From contig OU015567.1 of the NCBI GenBank assembly GCA_907165135.1, positions 5,084,001 to 5,148,000 of the forward strand: a stretch of DNA of 64,000 nucleotides. Reading direction: 5' to 3'. Position 1 is the first letter of the stretch, and each line of letters opens with the position of its first letter. The notes under the pieces are model-generated. The model worked only from the letters and a program-made list of their open reading frames with translations, did no database searches and was not told the DNA's origin. This document shows, piece after piece, positions 58,687 through 64,000 of this stretch. Source of the stretch: Oikopleura dioica. Its lineage: Eukaryota; Animalia; Chordata. The position numbers and the translations under genes are program-made.

Positions 58687-61600
58687 ATGGAAGCGGAGGA
58701 CGTTCGCCTCCGCCTTCAGCGGCTGTATAAATTGACAGCTGATGAGGCGAATACACTTATACAATCCGCCCTTGATTCGAGAAAGAAAGAGAGACTCCTT
58801 CAAGTTCGAGCGCAGTCGAAGAAGATTGCAAATCGAGTCAATCATAAAGTGAAGAACAAGGAGAGATCAGCGCTGAAAGAGTTGAGCAATACGCTGGAAG
58901 AAGAATGGAAAGCAAAACAGGTACTGTCCTTCAATAATTCATTTTCTCCATGAAATTCTAGCGCGAGCGACTAGAGCAAGCAGAGGCAGAATTCGAAGAA
59001 GCCCTCCGCCTTCGTGGTGAAGCCCAGCGCATCGCGGAAGCTCAAAATAACTCCAAACAACACTCGACTCTCGACCAAGATCTCCAACGAAAACGAATGG
59101 ACGATGCTGACCGACGATACCAAATAGCGGTGACGAAGCTGCGCCAAGAGCGCAAACGCGCTGCGGAAGAAAACCGCGAACGAGAGAAGCACAAATCCGA
59201 AGCGATTGAAAAAGAACGAATTCGGGCAGCAGCTGTGGCGGCTTTGGGCACGCCGGAGTCGATGAAGCCGCGGGCGGAGGATAAAACGTTGAGGAACAAA
59301 GTCAGTCTGCATAACAACGATGTACGAGTGAAAGACTCGTTTTATGATCAACCAGAGCATGCTGTTATCCCCGCCACGAGTGAAGACAACATCGTCGACG
59401 CCTTCCAAGCCGCCGCGGAGCAAGCAAAAATCGTCGAAGAACGCCTTCGTAATGAGAACATCCGCCACACAGAAGCAGCAATGAAGTCCACTCTCCGAGG
59501 CGAAGATGCGCTGAGAAAAGTCAGATTGGACAATTCAAAGGCGACGCTAGAATCGAACCTGGAAGTTCTTCGTCGAAAAGAATTTGCGAGACAGAATGCC
59601 GGGTCAATGGCGGCGACTGAGAAGAGACTGGCGATGAACCAAGCGACAAAGCAGTTTCAGATGGAGCAAATCGTTGCTGACGCGATTGGCGGTAGAGGGT
59701 ACTCAGTCACGCCCGACCCAGAGCTGGATATTTCCTCGGCAACGGATTCTAGCGCCGTTGATCCGCCGCACTCAATTCCATACACTCACTATGATCTTCC
59801 ACAGCAGCCAGAAGAAGAGCAAGATCCCGAAGATGATGATGAGCGAACGTTGACTCCCGAGCCACCAACTGCCACCCTTCCAGAAGCGACACAAGTTCCA
59901 TCAATTCTCAAAACTTCAAATCATTTCAATATCGCAAAAGAGACCCACTCAGTGCGCTTCAACGACGAGCAAAGACAGCTGCTGGAAATGTTCGAATCAC
60001 AAAAACGCGAAATGGAAGCACTTCTTGAACAAGCGAAAATCGAGCATGAAGAGAACCTCCGTCAGCTAGAACTTGCTCAAGCATCGACACTTGAAGGCGA
60101 AACGAGTGGTCTTTCAGCGAGTCAGTGTTCTTCCACGTCGAATAATAGCAGCGCAGTAATGACGCAGAAAGTGATCGAAAACTTGGACGCAATCAAGTCG
60201 TATCAAGAAAGATTAATTCAAAAGTACTCTTCTGGCTCAGAAAACAACGCAACAACTTCATCATCAATATCAGCATCAACCAGTGCAATTCCTTCAACAA
60301 ATTCCAGCGCAGAGCAGCCTTCAAATATCAACTACTCAATTCAAGCTCACGAAGTCAATTCCTCAGATTTATCAAATTCGAAGCAAAGCACCTCAGGCCC
60401 GAATTACGTTGGATTATCTCCTTACACACCTCCAACATTCCATGAATCAATGTTTGATGCGACAAAAGTCTCACAAACGAGCATATCAAAAAGGGAGCCA
60501 TCGAAAGGAATGATTGATATTGAAGAAGAACTTCGACAAGAGCAAGAAATAATCGGTAAGTTAAATATCTTCTAAAGGAAATCCTCTTTTCAACCTTCTT
60601 TGTAGCAAAGAATGAGGCAGAGCTTCAAAAACTCCGAGCAATCTCAGAAAATTTGGAAAGGCAAATGATGGGGTTGACCTTATCAAGCACAGGGCCAATT
60701 TATCAACAGAGCCAGCAAAGTATTGAAGTCAAAGATCTCCCATCGCTCTCAGAATCATATCATTCCAAGTAAAACCGCCTTTTCTCCTATTTTCTCATCC
60801 TTTTCCAAGTGCATCTTCAATCAAAGTCGCTGACGCTCCCGCAGCAAGTCGAGAAGAAACTCTTCAAACTCCAACTCCACCACCAGTGACTGTAGAGCGG
60901 CTGAAACTCGATCAATCTGGCGTCACGGATTCTGCTCCCACAGAGTCGACTCCGCGATCAGAGCAACGGACGAAAATGACGAGAAAAGTGTCGAAAAATC
61001 TGTCCAACTTGTCTCACTCGAGCGTAAATGAGACTTCATACATTTCCCTGCCAGATACTCAACCGTACAAGTTTCGTAAGTGGCGCAATACTCATTTGAT
61101 CCTCTATCAATTTTTTCAGAGGGCTTTAACTCATCCAGCTCGAGTATTTCAACAATCTCCCGCGACAGCCAAACCCAATCACACGGCACAGCAACACTGA
61201 TCGGCATTTCAAAGGCAACGGACGAGCAGCCAACAACGACAGAACCATCTTTTTCAAATCAATCGATTCTTCTTGGAGTTCGAAAGCACAAATCTGACCC
61301 AATCTCTACTGGAAACGCTCATGAGGCTCAACACTCGACATTTTCCGGAAGCTACTCGGAAGGGAGAATCAACGACATTATCAGAGAAACACTGCAGGAA
61401 ATTATGCAACAAGAAGGACATGATGTTGCTCTTGGGTGAGTTCTGCTTTTTTGGGAAGTCGTTTTTGATATCTTTTTTCAGACTTCCTTCTTTATCTGTA
61501 ACACCAGTCTCGACCGTCAACGAAACTCCCCTCGTCCCAGCCACCTTTGCCGAGCTAGAATCCATCTCTTCCGACAACGATACAAAGAGCGAGCTGCCAA

Positions 61601-62064
61601 AGCCCGATCCTAACGAAGATCCTGACGAGCTGTCCGAAACTGACACTGAAATTTTAACAAAACTGCTGATGGAGCAATTCAACGGGCTTGAAAAGGATCT
61701 CAACGCAGCGGAAATTGCTAATGAGAGGTTTTCTTGCTTGTTTCAGGCTCTTTTTCTAACGATTTCTTTGAAGCTATGGAGTGATAACAGAACCAGTGAA
61801 TGTTCTCCCGACAAGCCCGTCTTCAGAAAATTCCGGGACGAATTCTCTGGTTCACGGCTTTGCTGGTATTGACTTCAACGTTACTCCAGGCAGCCCCGTT
61901 GTTTTGTCTGAAATGGAGCTCAATCATTTGCCAGAACTGAGCACAACCGTTGAAGGTAATTTCTCCCCATTTTCCCTTTCTCATCGTCGATTTCAGAAGA
62001 CTCATCTTATCAACGAACACCTGGTGATTCTGCCTCGCCAAGTTCTTCCCGAGAAAATAATTGA
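58687..62064 (+). CDS. CEP295: centrosomal protein CEP295 (KIAA1731/Ana1) ortholog
   Basis: RKKERLLQVRAQSKKIA resembles RRKLRLLQVREQERDIA; EEEWKAKQ..RGEAQRIA; ADRRYQIAV; EAIEKERIRAAAVAAL; late YGVITEP motif; last exon ...SSSRENN* then AATAAA at 62121. Confidence 0.8.
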
Positions 62065-62159
62065 CGCCGCTTTGAAAATTTTTTATATTCAGATTTTTAT
62101 TTTTCCAATTTTTTCTGTTCAATAAAACTCAAAACATAAATTTACAAGGTTGGAAAAAG

Positions 62160-62992
62160 CTATGCGAGACTTTCTCCAATGATACTGTCATATGTCGGCA
62201 GGGAAGGATGTTCGACGTCGATTCTCAGCGCTTCGTTTCGGTAACCACTTCGAGCAGAAGGAGCTCTAGAAATTTCGATATGTCGGTTGAAGTCGGCGTA
62301 ATCGGGGGTTTCACGGCTGATTTGAATGTTGATGAACTGGATTTTTCGGACGGAAATGCCCCAAGCATGCGTTGTTTGTTGGAGGAATAGCTACAATTTA
62401 AGCTTTCGTTAGGATTCGTTAACTTATCTAAGGTAACTACCTTTAGGTCTTTCAGAAGCCCATTTCTTTGAGAAATCGTCTGTAGGTCGTCAAAATCCTT
62501 CGCAGTAATGACTAGGCGCAAAGCCGACTCTATTGCAACTTTTAATCTATCCTTTGTTGACATCTTTTTAGGCAATTTGTTGACAAAAACCATCGAATTC
62601 AGCACTTGATAGCAGAAAGTGAGGGCAACATCCAGGGAAACGAAATCTTTCGTGAGCACATCTTTGATTTCGAAGTCGAATTTGAGCGGTCGAAGGTCCA
62701 CTCGGTCAAATGAATCGGTACAGGGGATGAGATAACAGTAACCAGTCTATGATTGATAATGACACAGGCTAGTTTGGGCGAGAGAAACCTGTATTGGTCG
62801 ATTTTGCCTGGCCTCACCAAATCTCTTGATAACCGCTTCTTCATATTTCTCCACAAATCTCACCGCTTTGAAAAAGGTAATTGGAAACAACAGAACCGTC
62901 CAAAAGCCGCAAAAATAAACCAAAACCTTCTTCATCAAGTTCTCAATTTTATCCTCTTCTTGGATCTCTAAGATTTCTCCGGAGCTCGTCAT
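62160..62992 (-). CDS. stomatin/band-7 (SPFH) family membrane protein (3 exons)
   Basis: TM FCGFWTVLLFPITFF; YEEAVIKRFG; YLIPCTDSFDRVDLR; DVLTKDFVSLDV; after intron TTHAWGISVRKIQF; stop at 62160-62162. Confidence 0.85.
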
Positions 62993-63339
62993 TTTTGAAA
63001 AAGTTTGAAGAGTTCATTGATGGGCGGTTATTCAGATGGGCAAAAGAAAATATCAAACGAATTAAATGAAATGGACTAAATTTGACGTTTATTTGAATTT
63101 TTCTTCAGAACAGTTTTATTTAAATGTTGACTTTGAACAATTAAACCCCCATAAAATGAAGTTCAGGGGTCTCGATTCTCTCCAGATGGGTTTTTTCGTC
63201 GCCAGATTCAAAATTCAATCGGAAAATATCTTCCTCTGAATTAGCATAAATCATAATTTCGCCAAAGTGTTCTTTATTGAGTTAAAACAGAAGAACCTAT
63301 TGGATCTTTTTAGGGCTTTTCAACTCGTTCCAAAGGCGT

Positions 63340-64000
63340 TTATATCTTTATAAAAAGGATTCCGGACACTTGAATAGGCAAAATTCGTCTCCATTCTGTC
63401 CATTCGCACGAATCTTCCAGCAGCAAGTCGGTACACGATGATAAAATATTTTGCTTTTGTAAAGCTGAAATTTGAATGGGTGTTAAAATAGGGCCCAGGG
63501 TTTTTGTTGACGAAAGTCTGGTCGCTGCCAAACTCAAATTCACGCCAGCGAAAAGTGGCAACAAAAAGGACTCCTTTTCGGTCTTTTTTAGATACTCACA
63601 AAATGAAATTAACGGTTAGCAAAATTTTCATCCTTTAAAAGAGCTACTGTATCCTATCCTGGAATCGGCAAGAAGTCATTAATAACCGTCTCGTATGGCA
63701 ATTGAGTAATCTGCATTCCAATTTCCACCCCATGCGAGTCATTCCTAAATTCCTTCTCCCAAAGGGGGTCTTCGTAATAGCTTTCGCTCCAATCGCGCTC
63801 CCGGCTTTCCATTCTTTGAAGCTGTATATTATGGCTAAGTAAAGAATCGACGGATAGAATGTTCAATTTTCCGTCGAAGACGAAAGCATGTCGTCGCGTG
63901 TCGTAGTCACGAGATTTGATTCTTCCGCGAGCTTCGAGGATTTTTTTGCGTCCGCGGGTAAGCGGGTCGAAAAAGAAACAGTAGTTTGGGTATTTGATTG
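63340..64000 (-). CDS. uncharacterised gene, 5' part outside window, 3' end unresolved
   Basis: Open frame from the window end (FDPLTRGRKKILEARGR...ETVINDFLPIPG) spliced to VLLPLFAGVNL...WRRILPIQ. Confidence 0.55.

Noticed and set aside
62149-62182. CEP295 last exon overlapping the stomatin stop codon
   Set aside because: An in-frame spliced exon ends CEP295 at 62064, followed by AATAAA, so no overlap is needed.
1-64000. CRISPR arrays, rRNA, tRNA, prokaryotic or viral genes
   Set aside because: No repeat-spacer arrays or recognisable structural RNA genes. The REP-like hairpins belong to eukaryotic MITEs, and the genes are intron-containing.

Overview
Gene-dense, AT-rich eukaryotic DNA. The 36-50 bp introns, probable GA-AG introns, operon-like spacing and secreted TSP1/ZP/mucin proteins suggest the larvacean tunicate Oikopleura (inference). 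I assembled genes by hand across introns. Recognisable ones are CCDC180, a divergent NR1-type nuclear receptor, a TSP1-containing Cys-rich secreted protein, a GPI-type ZP-domain protein, a collagen-C1q protein, a Thr-rich mucin/LRR protein, a DEDDy exonuclease, CLINT1/epsinR, a single-domain rhodanese, POLG, CEP295 and a stomatin. Several orphan genes are also present. Non-autonomous DNA-transposon derivatives are frequent: two Tc1/mariner MITE families, a hAT MITE family confirmed by 8-bp TSDs, GACATT foldback arrays and a paired-CCAAT repeat. No autonomous transposase, rRNA, tRNA or CRISPR was seen. The best candidate for an undescribed system is at 45368-47159(-). It encodes two dsRBD-like domains, an EXD1/Egalitarian-type DEDDy exonuclease with all catalytic residues, and an Stc1-like CxxC-CxxC finger, which suggests a small-RNA processing factor. 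Also notable are a POLG lacking the accessory-subunit (AID) spacer region with motif C HDE>HDM, and a nuclear receptor with a non-standard P-box (CNPCKS) and altered second zinc-finger spacing. All family calls come from recalled motifs; no database search was run.
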